Below the pieces are notes generated by a model, which was given only the letters and a program-made list of their open reading frames with translations, was not told the DNA's origin and made no database searches. The position numbers and the translations under genes were made by a program. A stretch of DNA of 44,396 nucleotides from Candidatus Wolfebacteria bacterium RIFCSPLOWO2_01_FULL_38_11 (GTDB lineage Bacteria > Patescibacteriota > Minisyncoccia > UBA6257 > UBA9933): assembly GCA_001793825.1 (NCBI GenBank), contig MGIQ01000023.1, forward strand, positions 3,450-47,845, given 5' to 3'. Positions 26,762-35,383 of this stretch are shown piece by piece (the first letter of the stretch is position 1; each line of letters opens with the position of its first letter).

Positions 26762-27622
26762 ATGGATGACATCCGGTTGGAGGTTTTAGATATCGGCTTA
26801 GCCGATATCAAGGCGTTAAAGTTCGAATTAGTTGCCGGCCTCAGTCTTTTCAAGAGCGGGATGATTAAGGTTATAAATTTTAATCATATTCCTCGGTCAA
26901 TAGAGGCCATTGCCGAAGTGCTGATTCCTCTCTATGACAAAGGCGGCGTTTGGGTGGAGAGCATTCAGATAAGGCCGGAGGAAGAATTGGTAAGCGGGGA
27001 ATTGTTCGGTTTGCTTTCTCCGGCAACATTAAAACTGCTTAATAAAATCGCGGAAAAGATCAACGATGCCGGCATCAAAGATGCCGCTTTCCCTGTTCAT
27101 CCTTATATTCCCCTGCGGCTGGAAAAAAAGATAAACCCGTTTTTTGGGCATATGAGCCATCTATCCAGGGGCCATACCGGCCTGTTTCCCGATAACAATA
27201 TCAGGGGATTCCGGATATTAGATGGCGAAGACAATGCCGTCTTTATTTCCGGCGACAGAGAGATCAGGGAAATATTTTTAGGAGAAATTCATCGCCGGAA
27301 TTGGCTGCCTTCTTCGTATTCTTTATGGAAAAGCAAAAAGAAAATCAATTCCCTTGGCCGGCAAGCTGGTAATCTTCTTCCTTTGGCTTTGAAAAACGGG
27401 GATAGTTTGCGGATAAATATCCCTCTTCTTCGGGAGCTTAAAAGGGAGAAAAAGTGGAAAAAAAGACTTTTGTCTTTTTTAGGCAGAAGAAAACCGGTGG
27501 AGAAAATCATCGGCAGACCCAAAGTGACCAATTATGTCGGCCAGTGCCATTTTTGTAAAGGCGTTGAGGCGGCGGTATCGCAAAACGGCGCCAAGATATA
27601 CCTTTTTCCAAGTTCTTTATAA
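26762..27622 (+). CDS. Hypothetical protein; probable distant paralogue of 24000-24794
   Basis: 286-aa ORF with promoter, SD and terminator; C-terminal CHFC. Confidence 0.8.
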   Translation: MDDIRLEVLDIGLADIKALKFELVAGLSLFKSGMIKVINFNHIPRSIEAIAEVLIPLYDKGGVWVESIQIRPEEELVSGELFGLLSPATLKLLNKIAEKINDAGIKDAAFPVHPYIPLRLEKKINPFFGHMSHLSRGHTGLFPDNNIRGFRILDGEDNAVFISGDREIREIFLGEIHRRNWLPSSYSLWKSKKKINSLGRQAGNLLPLALKNGDSLRINIPLLRELKREKKWKKRLLSFLGRRKPVEKIIGRPKVTNYVGQCHFCKGVEAAVSQNGAKIYLFPSSL

Positions 27623-27659
27623 ATAACAACCTTCTTGTTCAATCTAAGTAAATAGTTTC

Positions 27660-27696
27660 AAGCGCCAGAAGTCATTATGATTTCTGGCGCTTTTTA
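27660..27696 (+). terminator. Intrinsic terminator
   Basis: AGCGCCAGAAGTCAT-T-ATGATTTCTGGCGCT followed by a T-tract. Confidence 0.8.
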
Positions 27697-27745
27697 TGTT
27701 TTCATATTGACTAGATTTTCAGATTAACAGATAATAAACGATATT

Positions 27746-28471
27746 ATGGAAAATTCTGAGAATAAAAAAATAGATTATTTTTTGCCGGCGAGCATTATAA
27801 TTGCCGCGGTTCTTATTTCCGGCGCCTGGGTTTATTCCGCCGGCTTAAAAAATTTGCCGTCAAAAGAAGTTATCGGGGAAAAACAGCAAAAAGCGCAAAT
27901 TCTGGATGCCGTTGATAATGTATCGGAAATAAATAATGAAGACCATATCAGGGGCAACCCCAATGCTTTGATAAAAATCATTGAATTTTCCGATATGGAA
28001 TGCCCGTTCTGCAAGAATTTTCACCAAACAATGATAAAAATAATCAGTGAATACGGTTCAAGCGGAAAAGTCGCTTGGATTTACCGCCATTTTCCCTTGG
28101 AACAGCTTCACTCCAAAGCTAAAACCTCGGCTGTTGCTTCTGAATGCGCGGCTGAACTTGGCGGCAATAACGCTTTTTGGAATTTTTTGGATAAATATTT
28201 TGAAATTACGCCTTCCAATGACAAATTTAATTTAAGCGAGCTTCCGAAAGTTGCCCAAAATATTGGATTAAATGTCCAGCAATTTGAAAATTGCTTAAAT
28301 AGCGGAAAATATGACGAAAAAATTGAAAGCCAAATTCAAGAGGCCATGGATTCCGGCGCTCGCGGCACTCCTTATAGCATTCTTATTGATAAAAATAATA
28401 AGAAACAAAAAATCGATGGATCTTTGCCTTATAGCGAATTGAAAACTCTTATTGAAGAAGCCTTACGCTAA
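27746..28471 (+). CDS. DsbA-family thioredoxin-fold protein, membrane anchored
   Basis: N-terminal TM; EFSDMECPFC, YRHFPL, GTP. Confidence 0.92.
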   Translation: MENSENKKIDYFLPASIIIAAVLISGAWVYSAGLKNLPSKEVIGEKQQKAQILDAVDNVSEINNEDHIRGNPNALIKIIEFSDMECPFCKNFHQTMIKIISEYGSSGKVAWIYRHFPLEQLHSKAKTSAVASECAAELGGNNAFWNFLDKYFEITPSNDKFNLSELPKVAQNIGLNVQQFENCLNSGKYDEKIESQIQEAMDSGARGTPYSILIDKNNKKQKIDGSLPYSELKTLIEEALR

Positions 28472-28481
28472 AATCGTATAA

Positions 28482-29774
28482 ATGAAACTCAATCATCTTA
28501 AAAAATCCGACCCTCGGCTTTATAAATTAATTTCCGCCGAAATTAAAAGGCAGGACGAAACACTTGATTTAATCGCTTCGGAAAATTTTGTTTCTCCGGA
28601 AATTTTGGAAGTTTTGGGTTCGCCTTTAACCAATAAATATTCCGAAGGCTATCCGGGGAAACGTTATTATCCGGGAAATCTTTATTATGATGAAATTGAA
28701 GAATTAGCCAGAACTCGCGCCTTAAAAGCTTTTAAATTAAATTCAAAAAATTGGAGCGTTAATGTCCAGCCGTATTCCGGCTCTCCGGCCAATTTAGCGA
28801 TTTATTTTGCCTTAACAAAACCCGGCGATATTTTAATGGGAATGGATCTAGCAAGCGGCGGGCACTTAAGCCACGGTCATAAAGCCACTATTTCCGGAAA
28901 ACTTTTTAAATCAATCCAATATTCCGTTGATAAAAAAACTGGCTTAATAAATTATTCTGAAGTGGAAAAATTAGCCAAAAAACACAAACCAAGAATAATT
29001 ATTTCCGGTTATTCCGCTTATCCTAGAAAAATTGATTTTAAGAAATTTGGCGAAATTGCCAAAAGCGTTGGCGCATATCACTTGGCTGACATTTCTCATA
29101 TTGCCGGACTTGTTTCTGCCGGCTTTCATTCTTCGCCATTTCCTTATGCTGATGTGGTAATGACGACAACTCATAAAACTTTGCGCGGCCCAAGAGGAGC
29201 GGTGATATTTTCAAGAAAAGAAAAAATGCTTCATGCTTCAGGTTTTATGCTTCACGAAGCAATTGATAAAACGATTTTTCCAGGCATTCAAGGCGGCCCG
29301 CACAATAATGCTATTGCCGCCATTGCAGTTGCTTTTGGCGAAGCGCTAAAGCCGAATTTTAAAAAATATCAACAGCAAATAATTAAAAATGCCAGAGTCT
29401 TGGCGGAATCTTTAAAAAAATACGACTTTAATTTGGTTTCCGGCGGAACGGACAATCATTTGCTTTTAATTGATTTGAAAAATTTAGATATAGGAGGATT
29501 GGAAGCGGAAAAAATTTTAGAATCAGCTGGTATTATTGCCAACCGTAATTCTATTTCCGGCGACACTTCGCCTTTTAATCCCTCTGGCCTAAGATTAGGC
29601 GCGCCGGCTGTTACCACTAGGGGATTTAAAGAAAAAGAAATGAAAAAAATTGCTGACTGGATTTATCGGCTTTTAATCAAAAAAGAAAAACCTTCCTTAA
29701 TTAAGAAAGAAGTATTAAAATTATTAAAACAACGCCGTTTAAAAGGCCGGCCTTTAACAAATAAATACGAATAA
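28482..29774 (+). CDS. glyA: Serine hydroxymethyltransferase
   Basis: LIASENF, NKYSEGYPGKRYY, GGHLSHG, TTTHKTLRGPRG, QGGP, SGLRLG. Confidence 0.97.
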   Translation: MKLNHLKKSDPRLYKLISAEIKRQDETLDLIASENFVSPEILEVLGSPLTNKYSEGYPGKRYYPGNLYYDEIEELARTRALKAFKLNSKNWSVNVQPYSGSPANLAIYFALTKPGDILMGMDLASGGHLSHGHKATISGKLFKSIQYSVDKKTGLINYSEVEKLAKKHKPRIIISGYSAYPRKIDFKKFGEIAKSVGAYHLADISHIAGLVSAGFHSSPFPYADVVMTTTHKTLRGPRGAVIFSRKEKMLHASGFMLHEAIDKTIFPGIQGGPHNNAIAAIAVAFGEALKPNFKKYQQQIIKNARVLAESLKKYDFNLVSGGTDNHLLLIDLKNLDIGGLEAEKILESAGIIANRNSISGDTSPFNPSGLRLGAPAVTTRGFKEKEMKKIADWIYRLLIKKEKPSLIKKEVLKLLKQRRLKGRPLTNKYE

Positions 29775-29799
29775 GTAAAACCTTAAAAAGGAGGCGGTT

Positions 29800-30147
29800 A
29801 TGAAACTTTTTCCTAAGAAGAAATTTTCTCGATTAAAAAATTTCCAGGCAAAAGTGCGGGAAAAAAAGGGAGAATGTGGTCCATATTGGTTTGGTGATCC
29901 GGATAATAATGTCAGTCCTAATGTCAATTTAGTGGCCGGAGTGATTAAACGAGCAGTGGATGATTATCTATACCCTCTGCCGGGTCGCGATTTTCGCCCC
30001 ATTCAAGAGGATGCAAAAATCTTTATTGATGGCTCGGGGTTAAATTCGTATTGCGACTTGGTTGGAATTAACTCAGATTTCATAAGAAGAAAAGTTGCGG
30101 CTATAAAAAAGATGGGAATAAAAGAGGGACTTAAAAAAGTGTCTTGA
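29800..30147 (+). CDS. Hypothetical protein (SD-led orphan)
   Basis: AGGAGGCGGTTATG start context; 115 aa. Confidence 0.7.
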   Translation: MKLFPKKKFSRLKNFQAKVREKKGECGPYWFGDPDNNVSPNVNLVAGVIKRAVDDYLYPLPGRDFRPIQEDAKIFIDGSGLNSYCDLVGINSDFIRRKVAAIKKMGIKEGLKKVS

Positions 30148-30238
30148 CTTTTATGAGAAAGTATGCTATAAATAAAAAGTTCTTTGAAAGATAAATAAGG
30201 AAAATTAACTTATAGAAAAACAAGCAGAAAAAAGGAGG
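30144..30238 (+). promoter_or_regulatory. Promoter, boxA-like motif and SD of orphan unit E
   Basis: TTGACT (30144-30149)-17-TATAAA (30167-30172) with extended TG, GTTCTTTGAAA (30179-30189), AGGAGG (30233-30238). Confidence 0.8.
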
Positions 30239-30245
30239 CATTGTG

Positions 30246-30470
30246 ATGAGATTTGTCACTTTTGTAATAATGGCGGCCCTGGTGGTAGTTTCCGCAATAA
30301 TGTTGGTAAACTCTGCCGTAGAAGAAGATCGGGCCGAGTGCCTCAGATTGCAGAAACAGGCAGAAGAGTTCAGGCTCGGGTTGTTTTATATAACTCCAGC
30401 CCAAAAAGCCCAGTGTGATGAATTAAAGATAGCAGTTAAAGCGCCTGTTAGAGAAGGGATTGTCCGATAG
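30246..30470 (+). CDS. Small membrane-anchored or exported protein with two Cys
   Basis: ATG 7 nt after AGGAGG; N-terminal hydrophobic helix. Confidence 0.7.
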   Translation: MRFVTFVIMAALVVVSAIMLVNSAVEEDRAECLRLQKQAEEFRLGLFYITPAQKAQCDELKIAVKAPVREGIVR

Positions 30471-30490
30471 AAAACAGAAAGGAGACGGAT

Positions 30491-30718
30491 ATGCCTTCTT
30501 TTGAAGTTTCGGTAAAAAGCGTTGTTGACAACAAAGTTGAGATGTTTGTCGGCAACATAGTTCTCTGTTTTTATTTTCAAGGTGGGAAAATGAAGTCAAC
30601 AAGATACAAACCCGAGGCTCGGGTTTGTAATCAATTCGAACTTTGGGTGCCGGATGGGTTATTTAAGAAAGCATGCCGGCAAGCCGCCGCGATTTTAAGA
30701 TCGCGGCAGAAGAAGTAA
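30491..30718 (+). CDS. Small hypothetical protein
   Basis: AAGGAG SD; ends just before a terminator. Confidence 0.7.
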   Translation: MPSFEVSVKSVVDNKVEMFVGNIVLCFYFQGGKMKSTRYKPEARVCNQFELWVPDGLFKKACRQAAAILRSRQKK

Positions 30719-30723
30719 GTCTT

Positions 30724-30757
30724 AAGGCTTTGGAGATAATCTCCAAAGCCTTTTTTT
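30724..30757. terminator. Intrinsic terminator between convergent genes
   Basis: AAGGCTTTGGAGA-TAA-TCTCCAAAGCCTT followed by a T-tract. Confidence 0.85.
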
Positions 30758-32252
30758 ATTCTCCTTTAATTACCGCCAAAGGCACTAAACGCGCCACTTT
30801 TTTAGAAAGATTGGCCTGATGCACTATTTCCACCACTTCATCAATATCTTTGTATGCCTGCGGCGCCTCTTCGGCAATTCCTCTTATTGAATAACATTTA
30901 ACGATAATATTTTTATTTTCGAGATTTTTTATAATTTCTTGCCCTTTTAAAGTTTTTAGAGCTTGGTGCCGTGACATTGTTCGACCAGCTCCGTGGCAAG
31001 AGCTGTAAAAAGCTTCTTTTCCTTTTTCTGTTCCGTGCAAAATATAGGAAGCCGTGCCCATAGAACCCGGAATAATCACCGGCTGGCCGATTTCTTTATA
31101 TTTCTTGGGAATTTCCGGATGACTCGGCGGACTTTGTCTCGCCGTAGGCTCGCTTCGTCCAGCCGAAGGCGGAAAAGCCCGAGTTGCGCCTTTTCTATGA
31201 ACCAATAATCCGTCTTCTAATTTGGCAATATTATGGGCAACATCATATAGAACTTCCAGATTTTCATTATTTTCATTGAGAAAAACTTTTTTCCAGCTTT
31301 CTCTTATGTAGTGAGTAATCATTTGCCGATTAGCCCAGGCAAAATTTGCCCCACAAGCCATTGCTTTGAAAAATTTCTGGCCTTCCGGCGAATTAAACGG
31401 CGCGCAAGCCAATTCTTTATCCGGAAGATGAATATTGTATTTCGGCATTACTTGGAGCATTAATCTTATATAATCAGTGGCGATTTGGTGTCCTAATCCG
31501 CGACTGCCGGTATGAATCATTACAACCGCTTGATTTTTGAACAGTCCGAAAATTTTCGCGGCGTTTTCGTCAAAAATTTCCTCCACTTTCTGGATTTCCA
31601 AAAAATGATTGCCGCTGCCAAGCGTGCCAACTTGATCTCTGCCTCTATTTTTAGCGGTATCTGAAACTTCATTGGCATCCGCCCATTCCAATCGGCCGTT
31701 AGCTTCGCAATTTTCCATATCTTCTTTTTTGCCGTAACCTTGTTTTATTAGTTCTTGTGCTCCATTTTCCAAAATTTTATCCAACTCATTGACGCTCAAT
31801 TTTATTTTTCTGCCTCGGCCTAGTCCGGAAGGAACATTTCTTTGGATTTCCGTTGCCAAATCATCCAATCGATTTTTGATTTCATCGGCCGAAACATCGG
31901 ATTTTAATAATCTAACCCCGCAATTTATGTCGTAGCCCACGGCGCCGGGAGAAATTATACCGCTTGCCTCGCTGGAGCCTTGGCGAAGCGGGTCAGAAGC
32001 GCGAGTGGCAAAAACTCCGCCAATCGGCGAGCCGTATCCTTCATGGACATCAGGCATTACTAGCGCGTATTTTTCAATGCCCGGAAGTGTGGTTAAATTC
32101 ACTAATTGTTCTAGCGATTTATCCTTAAAAACCGATTCCAGCATTTTTTCGCTGGCGTAAATTCTGGCTGGAACTCTCATATCGCTTCGGAAAGTTTTCG
32201 GTATTTCCCATAGATAATCGCTTATTTTTATAAGATTATTTTTTGCAATCAT
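30756..32252 (-). CDS. rtcB: RNA ligase RtcB
   Basis: MPDVHEGYG, GYDINCG, GNHFLE, HTGSRG, HRKGAT, PGSMG, HGAGR. Confidence 0.96.
   Translation of the reverse strand: MIAKNNLIKISDYLWEIPKTFRSDMRVPARIYASEKMLESVFKDKSLEQLVNLTTLPGIEKYALVMPDVHEGYGSPIGGVFATRASDPLRQGSSEASGIISPGAVGYDINCGVRLLKSDVSADEIKNRLDDLATEIQRNVPSGLGRGRKIKLSVNELDKILENGAQELIKQGYGKKEDMENCEANGRLEWADANEVSDTAKNRGRDQVGTLGSGNHFLEIQKVEEIFDENAAKIFGLFKNQAVVMIHTGSRGLGHQIATDYIRLMLQVMPKYNIHLPDKELACAPFNSPEGQKFFKAMACGANFAWANRQMITHYIRESWKKVFLNENNENLEVLYDVAHNIAKLEDGLLVHRKGATRAFPPSAGRSEPTARQSPPSHPEIPKKYKEIGQPVIIPGSMGTASYILHGTEKGKEAFYSSCHGAGRTMSRHQALKTLKGQEIIKNLENKNIIVKCYSIRGIAEEAPQAYKDIDEVVEIVHQANLSKKVARLVPLAVIKGE
31126..31172. repeat. GC-rich palindromic insertion in rtcB
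   Basis: Encodes SAGRSEPTARQSPP between RAFPP and HPEIP; contains short hairpins. Confidence 0.6.
31968..31992 (+). repeat. REP-like palindromic insertion in rtcB
   Basis: ctcgctggagccttggcgaagcggg, read on the minus strand as PLRQGSSE. Confidence 0.7.
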
Positions 32253-32297
32253 ATTTAAATGAAAGTTTAAAGCTAAAGTTTAAAAGTTTAAACATTA

Positions 32298-32723
32298 TTA
32301 AATATCAAAAACTAAATTCGTCAGCCATATTCCTTTGATTTTTTTTATATCCAAATCTTCATAAGTAATCGCTTTTATGTCTTCATCAAATTTTTCAACC
32401 GGATATTTTGTTAATTCTGCCTGAAATTCGTGTTTCTCCCGTACTACTTTATACTTACTACTTACTACTAAATAAACGCATTTATTAATCTGTGATTTTG
32501 CCAAAATTTCACTCAAAAAATCCACCAAAAGAGAATTGATGTCAATTGATTTTAATTTAATTCTTAATTCTAAATTCTTAATTCTTAATTCAGATTTCAT
32601 CGCCGTCGGCGATAAAATCTGCGCCATTGCCTCAGTGGCGCTAGAAAACAATTCTTCAATTGTTTTTCCGTAAATTCGCAGGCGAAGCTCCGCCGGATGG
32701 GGAAGAATTTCATATTTTTTCAT
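32298..32723 (-). CDS. Archease
   Basis: KYEILPHPAE...IYGKTIEELF, LLVDFLSEIL, IKAITY...VFDI; directly upstream of rtcB. Confidence 0.9.
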   Translation of the reverse strand: MKKYEILPHPAELRLRIYGKTIEELFSSATEAMAQILSPTAMKSELRIKNLELRIKLKSIDINSLLVDFLSEILAKSQINKCVYLVVSSKYKVVREKHEFQAELTKYPVEKFDEDIKAITYEDLDIKKIKGIWLTNLVFDI

Positions 32724-32735
32724 ATCAGGATTCTT

Positions 32736-32783
32736 AAATTTGTTTATTCGTAAATTCGTAATTAATTCGTTATTCGCTGATTT
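32736..32783. repeat. Half copy of the CGAAT/ATTCG repeat (copy 3)
   Basis: aaatttgtttattcgtaaattcgtaattaattcgttattcgctgattt closely matches the 3' half of 1731-1816; supplies the murE stop. Confidence 0.85.
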
Positions 32784-34126
32784 AATATTTCTTCAATAAT
32801 TTTCCCTTCATCCCATGGAATTTTCTGATTATTTTCCACACACATCCAGGATTCTCCGCCTTTGCCCGTTAAAATCACCACATCTCCTTTTTTTGCCAAA
32901 TAAATCGCTTTTTTAATTGCCTCTAGACGGTCAATAATTTTATATAAATTCTGAATTCGTGAGAATCCGCTTTCTATATTATTTATAATATCAAGCGGAT
33001 TCTCGTCGTACGGGTCTTCATTGGTTAAAATAATTTTGTCACAATATTTTTCTGCAATTTTCCCCATTTGCGGCCGTTTCCATTTATCTCTGCCTCCTCC
33101 CTGCGCTCCCAATAAGCAGATTAATTTTGACTTGCGCTTGGCGATTTGCGCTTCATTTATTGTTTTATAGACCGCTTCCAAGCTCGCTGGTTCATGGGCA
33201 TAATCGATGATGATAGTAAAATCATTTTTTTTATCTATTCGTATGTGCCTATTCGTTAAGGCTTTCGCATATATAATTTCCATTCTTCCGTTCGGCGCTT
33301 TGGCTTCTTTCAGGGCTTTTCTGATTTTTTCCTTTGAAATATTTTGAGACCAAGCAGCGCAAATCGCCGCCGCTGCGTTGTAAACATTGAATTTGCCAAT
33401 AAACGGCAATTCAAATTTCTCTTTGTTGGCCGTAAATTCCGTTTTGTTTGCGCTTAATTTGATTTTGGATATTTTTAAAATATTATTAATTTTCAATTTT
33501 TCGCCATTTACTTTTGACTTGGTTGTATATCCATACTTTTGCCATAGTTTAGGCTCAAGAAAAAATTCAACATTTTCATCGTCTAAATTATAAATACCAA
33601 TGCCGGTTTTTTTATGAGCCACTTTTTCAAAAAGTTTTATCTTGGCAGCGCGGTAATTTTCAAAATTTCCATGGCGTTCAATATGTTCCGGCGATAAATT
33701 GGTAAAAACTGCCGCGTCATAATCAATAAACTTATGCCGATATTGCAAGATTCCTTCCGACGATGTTTCCACCACTGCGTATTTGCATTCTTCTTTCTGC
33801 ATTTGATAAAGCAATTTTTGCAGCTGAAATCTGCCAAGCATTGTTTGTTTGGTTTCATTTTTCCATTCTTTATTTCCAATTCGAAAATTAACAGTCGTCG
33901 CCATTCCGGTTTTAAATTCCGCGGAATTGAATATTTGGGCGATTAAATTGCAGGTTGTGGTTTTACCTTTTGTTCCAATCACGCCAATCACAGTCATTTT
34001 CTCGGAAGGAAATCCGTAAAAAAAAGCCGCCAAGTAAGCTAAAGAAAAATGGTAAATCGGTTGGATTAGTCGATAAAGTCTTTTTGGAATTAAATATTTT
34101 TCAATAAATCTTAAAAAATTTTCCAT
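32762..34126 (-). CDS. murE: Mur ligase, MurE-like
   Basis: GTKGKTTT, VETSSEG, FTNLSPEH, GRME, DYAHEP, GGGRD, TNEDP, GKGGE. Confidence 0.85.
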   Translation of the reverse strand: MENFLRFIEKYLIPKRLYRLIQPIYHFSLAYLAAFFYGFPSEKMTVIGVIGTKGKTTTCNLIAQIFNSAEFKTGMATTVNFRIGNKEWKNETKQTMLGRFQLQKLLYQMQKEECKYAVVETSSEGILQYRHKFIDYDAAVFTNLSPEHIERHGNFENYRAAKIKLFEKVAHKKTGIGIYNLDDENVEFFLEPKLWQKYGYTTKSKVNGEKLKINNILKISKIKLSANKTEFTANKEKFELPFIGKFNVYNAAAAICAAWSQNISKEKIRKALKEAKAPNGRMEIIYAKALTNRHIRIDKKNDFTIIIDYAHEPASLEAVYKTINEAQIAKRKSKLICLLGAQGGGRDKWKRPQMGKIAEKYCDKIILTNEDPYDENPLDIINNIESGFSRIQNLYKIIDRLEAIKKAIYLAKKGDVVILTGKGGESWMCVENNQKIPWDEGKIIEEILNQRITN

Positions 34127-34127
34127 T

Positions 34128-35375
34128 TTATATTGCTAAATAATTTAACGGATTAATATCTCCGCCAGTTGGCGTGGGACCGCAACTTCTACTGGGTTTT
34201 AAATTAAAAGTAGCGGTGCTGTAAACCGTAAAATGCAAATGCGGGCCAGTGGCATATCCTGTTTTGCCGATATAGCCGATAAATTGTCCCTTTTGTACTT
34301 GGTCTCCGATTTTAACATTGTACAGCGAAAGATGGGCATATAACGTTGTTAAATTATTTTCATGCTGGATTGCAATATATTTTCCATAAGCTCCCCGATA
34401 ACAATAATTGTCTTGATTATCAACGTTTATCACTTTTCCCTTTTCCGCTGCCAATATCGGCGTTCCGATTGGACCGCCAAAATCAATACCATTGTGCCAT
34501 TTTCCCCGATAACCGTATTTGGCAAATGTTGTTGCCCCATATCCCTGTGTTAATCTTGAGATTTCAACCGGAATCCCCAGAACTCCGGGTCTGGCAGAGG
34601 GGATAAGAGTTGGATCTATTTTTAATCTTAATTCTTCTTCTATTCCTTCAAGTTCTGATGCGATTTCCGCTTGTTTTTTTTCCAACTCGCTTAAATTTTT
34701 CTGATAAACTTTTTCCTGATTTTTCGTTTCTTCCAAAAGAACCTGCTTGTCTTTTTTAATTTCCTCAGAAATTAATTTCTTATTTTTTAAATTGGAGTTT
34801 TCTATTTCCTTTCCGAATTTTTTATTGGAAACTTCGCTGAGATTTTCCGTTAATTGCAGTTTAAGTTCTTTTAACCCTTGGATTTCTTCGGATAGATTGG
34901 CGTTTAATTCGCTTAAATTTTCCGCTTCATTTACGCTTTCCGCCAAGCTTTTATTTTTAAGAAAAATTACCAAAAGAGTGTCATTGTCTTTTTCTTGAAG
35001 CTCTCTTAACGTTTCGGCAATGGCTTTTTTTTGGATATCGGTTTTTTCTTCAATGTCGCCGATAGTGTATTGCAAAGATTCTATTTCCAATCCGAATTTT
35101 TCAATCATTATCTCGCTCGATTTAATGCCAAGTCTTATCTGGTTTAATTGGCCGTCAACCTTATTTATTTCTTTTTTTAACGTTTTGCTTTCTTCTTGTG
35201 TTCCTTCTATTTTCTTCTGGGTTTCTTGGATTTGGCTGTTTATTTCCAAAATTTCTTTTACTTTTTTATCAATAGATTCTTTTAATTCCAAAGGCAGGGC
35301 CGCTTTTGCCGGAGAATTTTGTCCAAAAACAATCAAAAAGCAGAAAATAAAAAATGAGACGATTATTTTTTTCAT
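34128..35375 (-). CDS. Coiled-coil M23 family peptidase
   Basis: Signal peptide, long coiled coil, HNGID, YAHL, GPHLHF. Confidence 0.92.
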   Translation of the reverse strand: MKKIIVSFFIFCFLIVFGQNSPAKAALPLELKESIDKKVKEILEINSQIQETQKKIEGTQEESKTLKKEINKVDGQLNQIRLGIKSSEIMIEKFGLEIESLQYTIGDIEEKTDIQKKAIAETLRELQEKDNDTLLVIFLKNKSLAESVNEAENLSELNANLSEEIQGLKELKLQLTENLSEVSNKKFGKEIENSNLKNKKLISEEIKKDKQVLLEETKNQEKVYQKNLSELEKKQAEIASELEGIEEELRLKIDPTLIPSARPGVLGIPVEISRLTQGYGATTFAKYGYRGKWHNGIDFGGPIGTPILAAEKGKVINVDNQDNYCYRGAYGKYIAIQHENNLTTLYAHLSLYNVKIGDQVQKGQFIGYIGKTGYATGPHLHFTVYSTATFNLKPSRSCGPTPTGGDINPLNYLAI

Positions 35376-35383
35376 ATAAAATT

